Source: Lophium mytilinum
Taxonomy: Eukaryota
Length of the DNA stretch: 64,000 bases
Assembly: GCA_010093605.1 (NCBI GenBank)
Contig: MU004189.1
Coordinates: 999,834-1,063,833 of the forward strand
Direction of reading: 5' to 3'
A program made the position numbers and the translations under genes. Positions 49,311-62,108 of this stretch are shown one piece after another (the stretch's first letter is position 1; each line of letters begins with the position of its first letter). The notes under the pieces were generated by a model. The model was not told where the DNA came from, searched no databases, and was given only the letters and a program-made list of their open reading frames with translations.

Positions 49311-51087
49311 GATGTCGGATAGTGCTGGTTGCTAGTCGCGTAGTTGTGGTTTGCGCGTTTAGTTCTAGTGAGAGGAGGGAGTTTTGGTTTATGCGTAAGA
49401 GGATAGCGATGAGAAAGTGGTTGTGGAACAAGGGAGTATCAAGCTTCCCGAAATGAGGACGCCGTCATTGCCTATATATGAAATGCGTCATGTTAACTGC
49501 TAACACCAAAACAAGCACAGCCTAGCAGCCGCAAAACCCAGTCAGGGCGCTCGCAAAAACGATGACAGTCGCCAAGCGGCTCCGCCAAAAACTTGGAAAA
49601 CAAGCCGTATGCACGGTGATATGGCTGACGGGGGCGGGGCTTGGCTGCAGCGGGGGTGTCTTGGCGGTGGGGGCTGAGCTTATGGGCGAGAACTTCCTGT
49701 GTTTGGAAGAACGGATAAATGGAGCAAAGATGTAGAAGGAAAGATATCCCTGGCTTGGGCTTACTTTGTTCCCTACCAGCTCCTTGTGTTCTGCGTATTC
49801 TGAGCACAAAGAATCTCTCCATACGACTTGATGGGTAACTGCGCTCGTACTGGAAATCGCAGGCTTACTTAAGACCTTGGTTAACTTAACGTTTTCCTGC
49901 TTGGCCATGCGAATCTAACTTGGAATCTTTGCAAGGCTTGTTCGCCAAGAGCGATATAGATCGATGCCACGTGCATAGCATCTTGGACCGGCTCAAAGCA
50001 GATCGAGTACCTCCAGCCGTGGCAACGACTACCAATCAAGCATGAGAGACTGTCTTGATGAGAGAGAACTGCGGCTCGCGAGTAGAACGAGCAGACGCAA
50101 ATGGTGACAATGCATACTCCCCAAGTAAAGAGCAATCGCTGGGGTAATCCCAGAAGTGTTCAGAATTCCGTCGCAGCCACGAATCTTCAAACTATATACT
50201 TTCATGTGGTCCAAAGCAATTGCGAACGTTCTCATTTCGATTCTTCCATTGGTATGGTTCTATCACGACAGATCTCGTAATATCCAGCCGCCCTTTATTG
50301 GGGACATATCAACGCAAGCTTCTGCTCGGCAGGTATTTGATATCTGCACGCATCCCACCTTCCCTAAATCTTGCGTAGTTTGCAGCACACCTCCGTCTCG
50401 AGCGATCTTCAGCTATCCAGTGAAACCGCCGCGTATTCCTCACCCTACCCCGTCATGGAGCAGAGTATCGGAGTTTCCAAGTACATGGAACCGTCAAGTC
50501 TCGATCTCGTCAAGAAGGCTGTTCGTCGGCCGCAGAAAAATGGTGGAAGAACGCGCACTGTGAATGAAATCCTAATCCTCGTTGAGATACCACAAAGCCC
50601 ACTGAAGCTGTGGTATACCTGGTGCTGGAAGCACATTTCCGCGAGGGCTGGATCAAGAAACAGTTGGCGGAAAGGATTACTAGGACCGAAAGCATTGTGC
50701 ACGGGGTAGGCGAAGCTACAAAGAGTGATTTGAATCAAGCCTAGATTGTGTCTTAAAGAGAGCAGTAGAAGCGGCGATCCTCGTAGCATGTATCTTTGGG
50801 CAGGGCCAAGAGATTTATGATAGCGAAATCAAAAACTTGACTCAGTGATACAAGAAGAGAGTAGTATTATGGAATTATGAGTGGAGTCATACTAACCATT
50901 CATATATGTATCTACTCCACCAGAAGACTTCTGCGCCTAGCTCAAGGCTGGAGTCGCAAATGCCCTCTCTTGCGACCTAGGAAAACACCTAATAAGGCAT
51001 CTCCCGGCCCATCCGTCCCAGTGGACTCTCTCCCCCAACCCTCCAATTAAATATTAAAAACTATAAGTTACGTAAGGTAAAAGCAAC

Positions 51088-51215
51088 GCAACGCTGGGAA
51101 TCACCTGGGTCAACTCTCCTCACGGCTCAGAGGTTCCATCATCCAAAATCAAAAAAGCAACGCTGGGAATCACCTGGGTCAACTCTCCTCACGCCGGAGG
51201 CTCCATCATCCAAAA
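51088..51215. repeat. Tandem duplication (period 69 bp; 37-bp identical core)
   Basis: gcaacgctgggaatcacctgggtcaactctcctcacg at 51088 and 51157. Each copy is followed by ..tccatcatccaaaa and an A-run. Confidence 0.9.
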
Positions 51216-51599
51216 AGCAAAACTAACAAAGGAAATCCACCCAGGCCGTCTGCCCTTTTATCAGATCTTTTTTCTTTTTACGTTTTTTTGGGGTTTTTTG
51301 TTTTCTGAACCGGGAACCGCCACGGCAGTGGGTCCTCTCACACCTTCCATACAAACCATACTCTCCAGTCCTCTCTTCGTTCAGTCGTCCGTAGCGCAAG
51401 GCGTGGGAATCAGTCGGCATCCCAGTCAGGCTCGGTCGGTCGATCGTCGGTCGGTCCAGTGGGCGTTGGCGTGTAGTCGACAGCGCAATCGGCTATGGGA
51501 ACGTGGTTAGCTGAGCGTTCCGTAGGAGGGAAGGGAAGTGAAAGGGAGGCCCTGCTACTCACCTGCTGTGTCAGTCCTCCGGGTGGGTCACACTCCTCC

Positions 51600-52095
51600 T
51601 CTCTCGATACTTCGCAAGCCGTGGCCATCACAAACCATCAGGCACCTGCTGCATCTCCCCCTCTTGAAACACCGCAAGCCGTGGTCATCACAAACCCTCA
51701 GGCACCTGCTGCATCTCCCCCTCTTGAAACACCGCAAGCCGTGGTCATCACAAACCCTCAGGCACTCGCCATGTCTCCTCCACTCTTGAAGACCCGCAAG
51801 CCGTGGCCATCACAAACCATCAGGCACCTGCCGTATCTCCTCCTCTTGAAACACTTGCAAGCCGTGGCCATCACAAACCCTCAGGCACTCGCCATGTCTC
51901 CTCCACTCTTGAAAAACCGCAAGCCGTGGCCATCACAAACCATCAGGCGCCTGCCGTATTTCCTCCACTCTTGAAAATATCCGCAAGCCGTGGCCAACAC
52001 AAACCATCAGGCACCTGCCATGTGTCCGCCGCTCTTGAAACACCCGCAAGCCGTGGCCTCCCACAATCCATCAGGCGCTTGCTGTATCTCTCCTC
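51600..52095. repeat. Minisatellite, ~8 copies of a 60-64 bp unit
   Basis: Core gcaagccgtggccatcacaaacc(a/c)tcaggcac recurs at ~51613, 51673, 51733, 51795, 51856, 51918, 51982 and 52045. Confidence 0.92.
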
Positions 52096-52516
52096 CACTT
52101 GTCCATCAATCCGGGTGGTGGTCGAATCCGTCTCCGTGAGCGTAGCCTGCTACGAACTCTCGCGCTGTGGAAGATTAGCAGACGATAACTAATAGAACAG
52201 TGTGGAGGAGTACTTACTCGCCGTATCCAATCCTCCAGCCAGTTCCTCTCTCCTCTAAAACATTGGTCGAATCCGTTTCCACGAGCCGAGGCCTCATCCC
52301 CAATCCTCGGGCGTCTCGCGAAAATCCCAATCCTTCCTCCACTTCCGCGACCATTCATCCATACCGACAGGAACACTCTCCATGAGTAGGGAACTCATCA
52401 AAATCCCCAAGAGACTCGAGTGGTCGTAGTCCTAGTCTGTCGAATGGCATGAAATGATCTCCATCTCTGTATGTTGACACATCTGGTTGTCCTGGTAACG
52501 ACACGTCAAGGGCGCT

Positions 52517-54168
52517 TCAGCCTCCGATCACCCATCGGCGTTCGAGCATGTAGCGCAGCCCCTTGTGTGTGTTGTCGTCAGGAACAATCCATGGCAGGGT
52601 GTCGGCTGGTAGGACTTCCATGAAATTGACAAGAGGAAGATCCAGACCAAAGCGAGAACCGACGTGGTACAATGACTCCAACATACTACGGTAGTCGGCT
52701 TTCCCGTCCTCAATGAGGGGGGTAGTCCCGGCTAGGTTGGCGGATCCGTAGTACATCTCCTCAAATACCGTTGTCCATCCGAGAATATTGGCTTGCTCGG
52801 GGGTCAGAACCTTCACCCTGTGCTTGTCCATCGTATGAACGAGCTTGGCGATAGATTCCTTGATGGACTCTGCCATTGGCGTGAACATAGCTTGCCTAGC
52901 CTCGTTGAGGCGGTGATGCCCAGTCAAGATAGCACGAATGTGGCACAAGCGAACTTCAATGAAGCGGCTGTCGGGACCCTTTCGGAGACACCACTGCCAG
53001 AAAAGCTCGTTGTGCTTCTTCTGCTGATCGAGGAATGACTGGTAAAAGAACTCTTCCAAAGAAACCTCGCTGCGAAGCGGATTGTCGGGGTGGTTTCGGT
53101 GGTAGAATGACGACGGGTCGAGGGTTTTGAACTCGAAAGGCGGATCTTCTTCCATGTCCATGGCGTCAAGATCCTCCTCCTCCTCTTCCCAATCATCTTC
53201 TTCTTCGGGCATCCGCTCCGGCGTGCGCATGGCGGCTCTGCGCGACGAGCGGTCGATTATCGCGAGTTTATCAAACTCGAGCACCGTGGCCAACTCCTTG
53301 AAGGTGACACGGTTCTCAGTTCGCCTTGACTCTGTAAATGATTATTAGCAAGATATTAAAAATAGGAGTATGTTGGACCGTACCACTTATGACTCGTCGC
53401 ATAGCGGAGCTGGGCTGTGCAGACTCCTTGTTCCACCGGGAGATGGTCTTGTCCTGTGACTCCCTAACGGTGGGCAATAGGGCGGCTGCAAGGCGCTCGT
53501 CCTCTGGTATTTGGTCAGCTCATCGGCCTCGAGAAGAGTTTCATTTGATGGTAAACTTACCTTGCAGACGCAGCGCTTTGCGGTGAACCTTCCTATTAGC
53601 TACCTCGATCCTCAATCGATTCCGCTCCTGGTTGATCTTGACTATCTTCACAGGGTCCGTGATCGGGCGATGGAAGTGACGCCCATCAAGATGATAGGCA
53701 CACTCTAGACCGTGAAGAAACGTGTCTTCGGCATTCCAGGGGCAAGGTGCCTTGGGAGCCGGTAACGCGGGAGGAGGGAATAACGAGGCGGTGGGGCGAG
53801 CCGGGGTAGCTTGACGACCGCACTTCATACGAAGGCGGTTCATGAAAGGGACCACTTTGGACGCGAGTCCCTTGACGACGGCTGTTTTTTGGGCCAGGGT
53901 CCTCGCCATGGACTTTGCGTAGGGGAACTTGGCTGCTACGAAGAGTCTGCGACCAATAAGGTACAGACCCGGAATAGTCAGTCCGGCGAGGGTGACACCA
54001 ATTGTCAGTTGCGTAAGCAATACGAGGTCCAACTCGGGATCAAACTTGACCATGCTGCAGGACTACTTGAGGTCAGTTGCTGCAGTGGTAGGCGAAGGAG
54101 TAAACAAGAGGGAAACTTACGGCCGGAGCCTCCAAGCAGGCAATGTACCGATCGTAAGAAAGGGACAT
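52517..54168 (-). CDS. Hypothetical protein (4 exons, one N-terminal hydrophobic segment, acidic tract)
   Basis: Introns 54120-54063, ~53560-53504 and ~53383-53332 (GTAAGT/GTACGG donors, CTGAC/CTAAT branch sites) join MSLSYDRY.., the 170-aa ORF and the 258-aa ORF into one frame of ~500 aa. Confidence 0.7.
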
Positions 54169-55748
54169 TGTAATAGTCGTCGAGCTGATGGAAATTGGAA
54201 CGTGAATGATAGCTGGTATGCGAAGCGTGCTTGCAAATGCTGGTAGGCGATGCGAAGCTGAACAACAGAAGTCGTGAAGAAGAGAGAAGGGCTCGCGGGC
54301 GCTGAGTTTATTTGTAGATTTGGCGGGGCTGCTGTGTTGGTTGCTAGGCAACTGGTTCCGTGAGGAAACTCCGCTCCGCGTTTTCTATCGTGAGTTCAGA
54401 TGAAAGGGGTGCATGTGATAGAAGTTGGGGAAAGCTTGGCGCGGACATTCACAGGGGCCCGCCCTCTCCACATCGACACAGCACAATAACCGCCATCACC
54501 GAAGAGTTCTTACATTACGACGAAAACTGGTCGAGTCACCTGTTGCTAGGAATTATGCACGAAAGAGTATGAAGGGAGAATATAGACGTGCTGCATTGAG
54601 AACTGGGGGGTGGTATGCTGGTATTTGCCACAATGAGCAAGCACCCCAAGTCCCTTAGCAGCAAGCATCATTGAACTTTCGCACCTTAGTACTATCACAA
54701 CCCGTAGTGATAACGAAAGGAATTGTTCATCGCACTCGATATCTTGCTTAAAGTAGACTTCGAAAACTCACTCCTTTCTCGGCGCGGAAACTTACAAAAA
54801 GTGGAAAGTTTCGTCAAGACGCTCATTCAATCAGTAAAAGCTAAAGTTTCGTATTATTAGGTCTCCCACTATCTCGGAATGCTTTGAGGCCCTTCTGAAC
54901 CATGAGTTCGAGATATGTCATTGCTAAGCGTCGTGACTTTCTAGTCTGTCTAGTCTCGCAAAGGGGCACTGCACTTATCTTCAAGGGCCAGTAGCTAGAT
55001 TGATGTACTCACTACGAGGATTAAGGTGCATCGCAATACTCAGGGGCGTACAATGGGATGCATTGGATGGTCCGAGATGAAGTGAGGTCCGAGAGGAAGA
55101 AGTCGCGACGGAAAATCAAAAAGGCCCCATCCTTCTTCTTTCCACACCCCTTCCACCTTCGAGGAATATCCACCCTCTACCTCCATCAATGACCTCGGGA
55201 AATGTCGTCGAACGCGTTGTAGTTCGCTTTTGAGTCAACTCTGCAAGGTCACTGTAATAAAGTTCTTGGCCCCATAGTTTTGCGAACGGGAAGACAGCAT
55301 TGTTGGTGTCCCAGTGTGTTTAATATAGAGAGAACCAGATCAACTCCCTCGGACCCTGAAACACTATCAAGTAGATCGTGTTTTCGAACAAACTAAGGGA
55401 AATGCCTCAGCAAGATTACCCCTGTGGCACCAGGATTGCCTTACCGCTCTTATTACCACCATCCTGAATGAAAGATGAGCCTAAAAGACTGAGATTTAGG
55501 TTCATCCAAGAAATCGAAGAGCCGAACTCCAAAAACATAGACCCGGCATTTCTCCTCTTACCAGATCTTCACACCGCAATCGCCTCCCCCACAGTTCCCC
55601 CAAACGCCGAACTAAGCCTCCTTAGCGTCGGAGGCGGGGGCAGCTTATATTGATCCAACTCAGGCGAGTATAATGGATCAAGACTCTCACTACACCAGGT
55701 TAGATAGATCCTCCCCCCACCGGACAGTGCAGCAACCAAAAGTCAGAC

Positions 55749-56918
55749 TCACATATGCATAGCATCTGCTTCGCTCCAATGTGCCCCCTCATCCCCCTCC
55801 CCATCCACAGCACTACTCTTGCTAGTAAACTTAAAATAATCCCCATCCCCCTCCATCTTACTCCCCCCACTCCCCGCCGTCGAAAAGAACGGACTCATCC
55901 TCACATCCTCCGCACTCGGCGTCGGCGGAATCGTCGACAACCGCTGAATATGATGATGACTCGCATGCACCGCCGGCGGCGCCTGCGGCATGCCCGGAAT
56001 CCTCGTCGGACACGCCGCACTCACACTCTGCCGCAGCGAGCTCGGATTCGTCACCGAGCTCACCGAACCTGTGCGCCACCCCTTCGGCGACGCAGGCGCC
56101 GGACTCGGGTTCAAAGCCCCCCCGGGCATACCATGCGAGTGGCTGAACGCGCGCTTGATAAGCCCAAACGCCGCGCTCGCGTTGCTAGAGCTCCTGCTTG
56201 TCCGCCGACTCGACAACACCCCGTTGTCGAACCCCATCTGGCTCGACGACACCGACGAGATGCTCCCGCTGCGCTCCATGAGTGAGAAGACGCCGCGCAG
56301 CGCGGCGACGGCGCCGTCAACGGCCGACTGCACGGAGCCCCACGCGTACTCCATCGCGATGAAGTCGTCGCGCCAATCTTCCATGTCGCGGATGCCGGCG
56401 AGGCAGACCTCGACGGCGTCGGCGATGATGGTGGCGCCGACGATCCAGGCGTTGGCGACGACGTCTTGGGAGGCGAGGGGCTGCTGCTCGATGAGCGAGA
56501 TAGCGGCGTTGGCGGTTTTGTCGATGGCGTGGTCGGCCATTTCGCGCTGCTGGCCCGCGTCGACGCGGAGGAGGCTGCGCTTGCTGTCGGTGCTCATGCT
56601 GCCGTTGCCGGTGCCGTGGCCGACGCGGAATATCTGCGATTTGGCGGAGTCGTAGACGGCTTTGAAGGCGTCCTGGTGCACGTAGGCGATGCCAGCGTTG
56701 AGGTTGTCGAGGGTGGAGAGGACGGCGTCGGCGTCGTCGAGGGAGGCGTTCAAGGTGGCGACGTGGTCGATGCCGTCGATCAGCGCGTGCGCTTGGAGGG
56801 TTTTGAAGAAGGTGTAGTCGGAGGTGCGGCGGGCGGCGTGGAGGTTGTGGCGGACGAGGGCGATGCGTTGGGTCCAGTGCAGCTGGCGAGCATTGGCGGG
56901 AGTGCCAGAGATGGCCAT
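55749..56918 (-). CDS. Hypothetical protein (helical N-terminal domain, Ser/Pro-rich tail)
   Basis: 389-aa intronless ORF with strong GC3 codon bias. No family recognised. Confidence 0.75.
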   Translation of the reverse strand: MAISGTPANARQLHWTQRIALVRHNLHAARRTSDYTFFKTLQAHALIDGIDHVATLNASLDDADAVLSTLDNLNAGIAYVHQDAFKAVYDSAKSQIFRVGHGTGNGSMSTDSKRSLLRVDAGQQREMADHAIDKTANAAISLIEQQPLASQDVVANAWIVGATIIADAVEVCLAGIRDMEDWRDDFIAMEYAWGSVQSAVDGAVAALRGVFSLMERSGSISSVSSSQMGFDNGVLSSRRTSRSSSNASAAFGLIKRAFSHSHGMPGGALNPSPAPASPKGWRTGSVSSVTNPSSLRQSVSAACPTRIPGMPQAPPAVHASHHHIQRLSTIPPTPSAEDVRMSPFFSTAGSGGSKMEGDGDYFKFTSKSSAVDGEGDEGAHWSEADAMHM

Positions 56919-57888
56919 TTTGGTGGGTATATGGACTGGGGCTGTGGGATATGCTGTGCTATGTGAGTAGGGGTACGGAATGTGTGGCCATGTGGCAAGA
57001 GTGATACTAACCGGAGTCGCGTACGACCATGGGGAACCCGGGATATGTTACACTCGAAGCTGTTGGGTTCGGAATGCTTAGCGGAGGATGTCTTGAGTTC
57101 TCTATGCCGCCAAACTCGAGCGCTACCAGCGAGCGCTCTTTCTGACTTTATAGTTCGTCAAAGTTTTTTACCGTCGACTCTAAGGTTTCAAAATCTCTTT
57201 CATCTAGACTTCGGTCACCATTGTCGAGACTCGGTAAGCATCTTCCAGCTGTGACATGAAATCTGTGTCTTGCTGCAGGCTTCCAGTCCAGGCGGCTGCA
57301 AAAGATGAAATCGGAGTATGACCTACAGTGTTGACTTTGTCGTCGCTGAGAGCAGCCTCGTAGGGTTCCGATAACAGAAAAAGGTGTTCCCTCAAGGATC
57401 ATCTCCAGCCTAGAATCGAAGGCGGGGCAGTCGAATGGGAGTCTGGAGGCTGCTGTCTCACATAGTTCAAAGATGGCCTTTGTTGCACGGTGGCGATGTA
57501 AAGGTTGTGAGACATGGGGTTCGTCATGCCGTGAAACGCTTCCATCGCTTCTCTCACGTTTTCCTAGTCAGTATGTCTCACATGGCCATCATCAAAGCTT
57601 ATGAGACCAAGGAGTCGAGAGTGTGACCTAAGGGCTAAGACCTGATCAGCGCTTGAACTTATGGAACACATTTCTTATACCAGGGTCGTCCGGTCTCGGT
57701 GGGATTGCAAGCAAGGTACTGCGACGGTGGGTAGCTCTGAGAACGGAATAAGACGCTTCGGCTATAGAAGAGACAAATGACGAACGAAAGGAAGTAAATC
57801 TGCACTTTATTTACCTTGGCCGTTGCAATTATTAGGAAAGGTGATGAAAAGCCGTGCGCAGCCCACCAAAGCTCCCTAGAGCCTGTTC

Positions 57889-60353
57889 TCAGCCATCAAA
57901 GATGACCTCATCCCAAAGAGCATTCGAGAACCTCTCCTTCAGCTCTCCCAATTCCCACTCTTGCCCTTTCCCAATCTGCGTCAACGCGTCCTTGAACTCT
58001 GCAATCTGACTCTTGTACGCAACCTCCCTCATGTACTGCCTCGCCTCAACCCCCTTGAACCTCACCCCCTCCCACTCTTTCGCCCAGTGCGGCCGCACAT
58101 TCAGCTCATCCCCATAGCTCATCCACAAATCGCAGACCTTTTGAGAGAAACCCATCCACTCATCATCCGTCACCGCATCCGGAAGCGTCAAGATCTCAAT
58201 ACTAGCAGTGCCGAGATCATTCCCGCGCTGTGGCGCCATCAGCACATCACTACCGCCCATGATGCGGAGCTCAAGAGTCAGCCGCATCGGGCTAGAAGGA
58301 TCGTCTTTATTATCCGCCGCTGCGTAGACCAAGTTGATGACATCCCACCAAGCCTTCTGCACGACGCTAAAATCGGGCTTCGAGGCATCGTCCGCACGCG
58401 GTGGGAGTGGGATTTGGAATTCCATGTCGCGCACCCGCATGTTCTGAACTCCTCGGCGGAAGTGCAGCGCGTTGGGTAGTAAGGTCTTGAACGTGGGGGT
58501 TTTGCTTTCACCAAGCGTGGGCGGTAGAGCCGCCATGCCGAGCGAAGCTATGAGCTGGGCCTGCCAGTAGCCCGGGATGGCGTTGAAGAAGGGGACGCCG
58601 GTGATGACGCCGCCTAGCCAGCCTTGGATCCATTGCAGGAAGGTGTTGGCCTCGGAGGGATAGTCGATGGCGCCGGTGGGGTCGGAGGTGGTGTTGAAGG
58701 TGTTTACCCAGGTTTTCTTCTGGTAGCTGAACCAGAACCATCTGAAGAACATTAGCGCTATTGGAGACTTCGAGGAATATTGAGGGAAGGTTCGTGGAAA
58801 TCTAAACATACTCGCTATAGTAGTCTTCAGCGGCGCGCTTTTCAAAGTCTTTCTTGGCAGAGACAATCTTCTCTTGAGCATTGGATTCATTGAACCAGCT
58901 CTCTCGAAGAGCCTTGGGGATTTGGTCGAGACTTGTCGGAGGTATAGCAAGGCCGACGTCCACTTTGACAGGTTGCTAGAAGTTATCAGCATCACCAACT
59001 CAATGAAACGATTGAGCAAATCACCATGATGGCGTAGGTCATCGCATCAAGCTCTATCGTAATATGCGTGACGACGCCAAGGAGACCAAACGCTCCAGCA
59101 GCGGCTTTGATCAAGTATGGATCATCAACCACACGGAGCTCCCCGTTGCAGTCAACGTATTCGATGCGACGGACATGGTCAGAGATAGTCTTGTGAGAGA
59201 TTCCTGCACCGTGGCAGATAGGGGCGTTTACGCCTCCAATGGTGACCTCGACGAGGATGACGTCGACGGGAATCGCCCAAGCTTTGTTCGCGACGGACCA
59301 GCGGCGGAACTCTTCATTAGTTACGGAGACACCGATGCGGCAAAGCCTCTTCCCAGGACTGGTTTCCCCCTTGAGCTCAATCGTCTTCAATTCCGGCGCC
59401 GTGGCTGCGTTATACTCGCCTCCGATGATAGACATGGGGTCCGGAAGCGTGGTCACAGTCTCCAAATTGACGAGCGAGACGAGCACTTGGTGGTCTTCGG
59501 AAAAGGAGTCGGACCAACTATGCCGATATCCTGCGCATCTCACCCTGAAATTCTTGGACTTGGCAAAGCGAACAACATTCTGAACTCCGAGGACCGTCTG
59601 GGGCAGGAATGTATACCGAGGAGTATTATTGACGGATGAACCCCAATTCTCGAAGGGGACGTTGGAGAAGCACTGATTAAATGTAAGAAACATGTGCAGA
59701 AACGCGTGCCACAGTGGCTCAGCATTTCGGATTGTCTGGAAATGCATTGAGGAACTTCAAGCAGCGGCAGACAAGTACACAGATCGGTCACGACATGTTG
59801 TACTAATTGTTCGCTGCGGTCTTATAGGGCAATTGTTCAAGCTCACCTCGACAGCTTTCTTCTCAGCAGTTTCGAAAACCACGGGAAGATCTTTGACATG
59901 AGCATGTTGTGGATGTAAAACATCATCAACAGCAGCTTTCAATTCAAGCGGACCGAGGAAAAGTTCCTTAAGAGCGTTCAAAAGGGAGAAATGATGAACG
60001 ACCGGCGGACTTTTGTGCGACACGAGAGGGAATTCTTTACCGGCGAGCACATCTTTGGCATTTTCGCCGTTAACAAACGCGTTTATCTGGCTCTTCAGGT
60101 CAGCACTTGGGATCTGCTCAAAAGAAGCCTTGTAGGCATCGGTGTGTTGAAAGGCTCGGACGAAACCACGAATCTGTATCTCTGGATCAAAGGCCTCTCC
60201 GAGGACTGGCTTGAGCACGTCATTTTTGAGTGCCGAAAAGTCGATTAAGTCGAAATCTTCGCGATAGTCATCGACGTGATCCAGGATCTGCTGCAGGATA
60301 TGGGTACGTTCCAAGTTCGAGGCCTTCGGGGCCGGTACGCGTTGTGGTGGCAT
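57889..60353 (-). CDS. FAD-linked oxidase (aldonolactone oxidase / VAO-PCMH superfamily)
   Basis: FENWG, RVRCAGYRHSWS (His at the covalent-FAD position), VTIGGVNAPICHGAG, AGAFGLLGVV and C-terminal RPHWAKEW. Introns 59846-59673, ~59024-58973 and ~58812-58743. Confidence 0.88.
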
Positions 60354-62108
60354 GATTCGAGAGGGCGTAGTATCTAGCTAATCAGCGCGAAGGTAGAAAT
60401 GGAGTAATTTCCAAAAGACTGGAGAGCAGCGAAGGTTTATGTACGCGTTCTCTATTCTGTGCTGGGTCTTTTTCCATTTGCTTGGTGGTGTGGAGGCAAG
60501 CCAGAGCTGAAGACCAAGGTTGGGGAACGGTGAGGAGCTTGCATGGACCAGTGCAATCAGACATTCGAGACCGACGGGAGGCCGCACGCTAGTGGTTAAC
60601 CTCTCTTGGGAAGCATGGGGATGCTGACCTCCCATCTCACCTGCTTAAAGCCAGGCCCAGCCTCTCAAATGCCGTGTAACATAGGGCTGCTCATTTCAGC
60701 CAGCCAACCCATCAAAGTCCAAAGGTCCGGTCTCTTCTAACAGCGTGTTTGAACGAAGTTGACATCCCGCTAATTGTCGAGGTCTTCGATGCAGATCGCA
60801 TGACGAGAATATTGTTATAGGAGATATAATTTCGGGCGCAACTCGCCTTCATTCGCGAAATACCACATATATAGCTGTTTGTAGAATGTGCAAAATGATG
60901 GTTCGATTGAGCTGACTACCTAGGAAATGGCTTGGCTGAATCCCAGATCGACCGCGTTCAGCTGACAGAGCAGAGGGTAAGCCCAGCTGACAGCGGACCG
61001 AAAGTCGCATATTGAAAAGGCGAGAAGCCATTCTATATGCTCTTGGCTGCATCCTACATTGAGACTTCTCGAGGGTTCGTGAAGACAGTGGCGCCGCCAT
61101 CGCTTGGACAATCCGTGAAGGGCTTGGTAAGGGCTCATTGATTGCTGTCAGCCAGTGATGGCTGAAGCTGAAGACAGGGAGGCATCGAACGAAGCGGAGT
61201 TCGTAAGTGGTATCATACAACGAAACGTGCAGATTGAGGCGTCGGTGTAATGATGTCATGAAGATGGCCAGAAGAGACGACGCGACGTCGAATGAGGTTG
61301 TTGGCGCTCTAGTCTAGATGGGGCTACACTGTCGACGAAGTAATCAGGGAGTTGTGCTTCGTTAGAATGTCCGTGCGCCAAAGACCTCGAGCTTCGTTGG
61401 AGTTCCGTCTCTTCCATCTTCAGCACCAACATCGCCTCCTCAGCCACCCCGAAGCATCGCGTCTCATGCGTCTCCATCATGCGACGCACCCGTGGCTTCA
61501 TTCAACAACGATATGGTCGACGGGGAACCCACGCGGCGCGCTCCACTTATCTGAGGATCCTGATTGAACCATCGCTTTCACACGGGCCGCATCAGGGGCC
61601 AAGACGCGTACACCTTGGCCACCAGCCTTACTATGTCCATACATGCAACCGCATGCGTTCTTCTGCTCTCGGGAACGAAGCCGTTACTTTTTGTCCTTCG
61701 CGAGGCGTAAGCGCAGGGAGGGTAAGCGTCGGGAAAGATCCTTTCTAGCGGCATCTATGCTTGTAGTCGCTATCACTAAGAACGAGCATCTCTATGCAAT
61801 CGGAATACTTTGAGAGTCTTCCAAGTTACCGTTTCGCTCATGTCGATCCCGCGTTCACCCATGACACGACTGCGACAAGCTTTTGCCAAGCCGAAACCCT
61901 CAGAGCCCTGGCAATACAGCTGACGACGCCAGTAATGTGTCGCCAAGACCTTCCGTGACGCGGCATATCCTGCTCTTCTATCCATACCGCTTCTTAATGC
62001 CTCTGCTGTCAAGCCTCACCTCGTAGCATTTCTGAAATAGTCCTCTGTTAACACCTTCCTCCAACCTAGTCAATCGTTGTTCATGCCATATCCCACATTA
62101 TTAATCCC

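Noticed and set aside
49490..50800. Chain of short minus-strand ORFs
   Set aside because: No consistent splice model or recognisable motif.
51600..52095. Possible CRISPR-like array, or coding repeats in the + strand ORFs
   Set aside because: The context is eukaryotic, units are similar over their whole length with no unique spacers, and unit lengths shift frame.
52517..54053. Two apparently intronless ORFs next to repeats, suggesting a virus or mobile element
   Set aside because: Canonical introns join them into one ordinary spliced gene, and no RT, integrase, capsid or recombinase motifs were seen.
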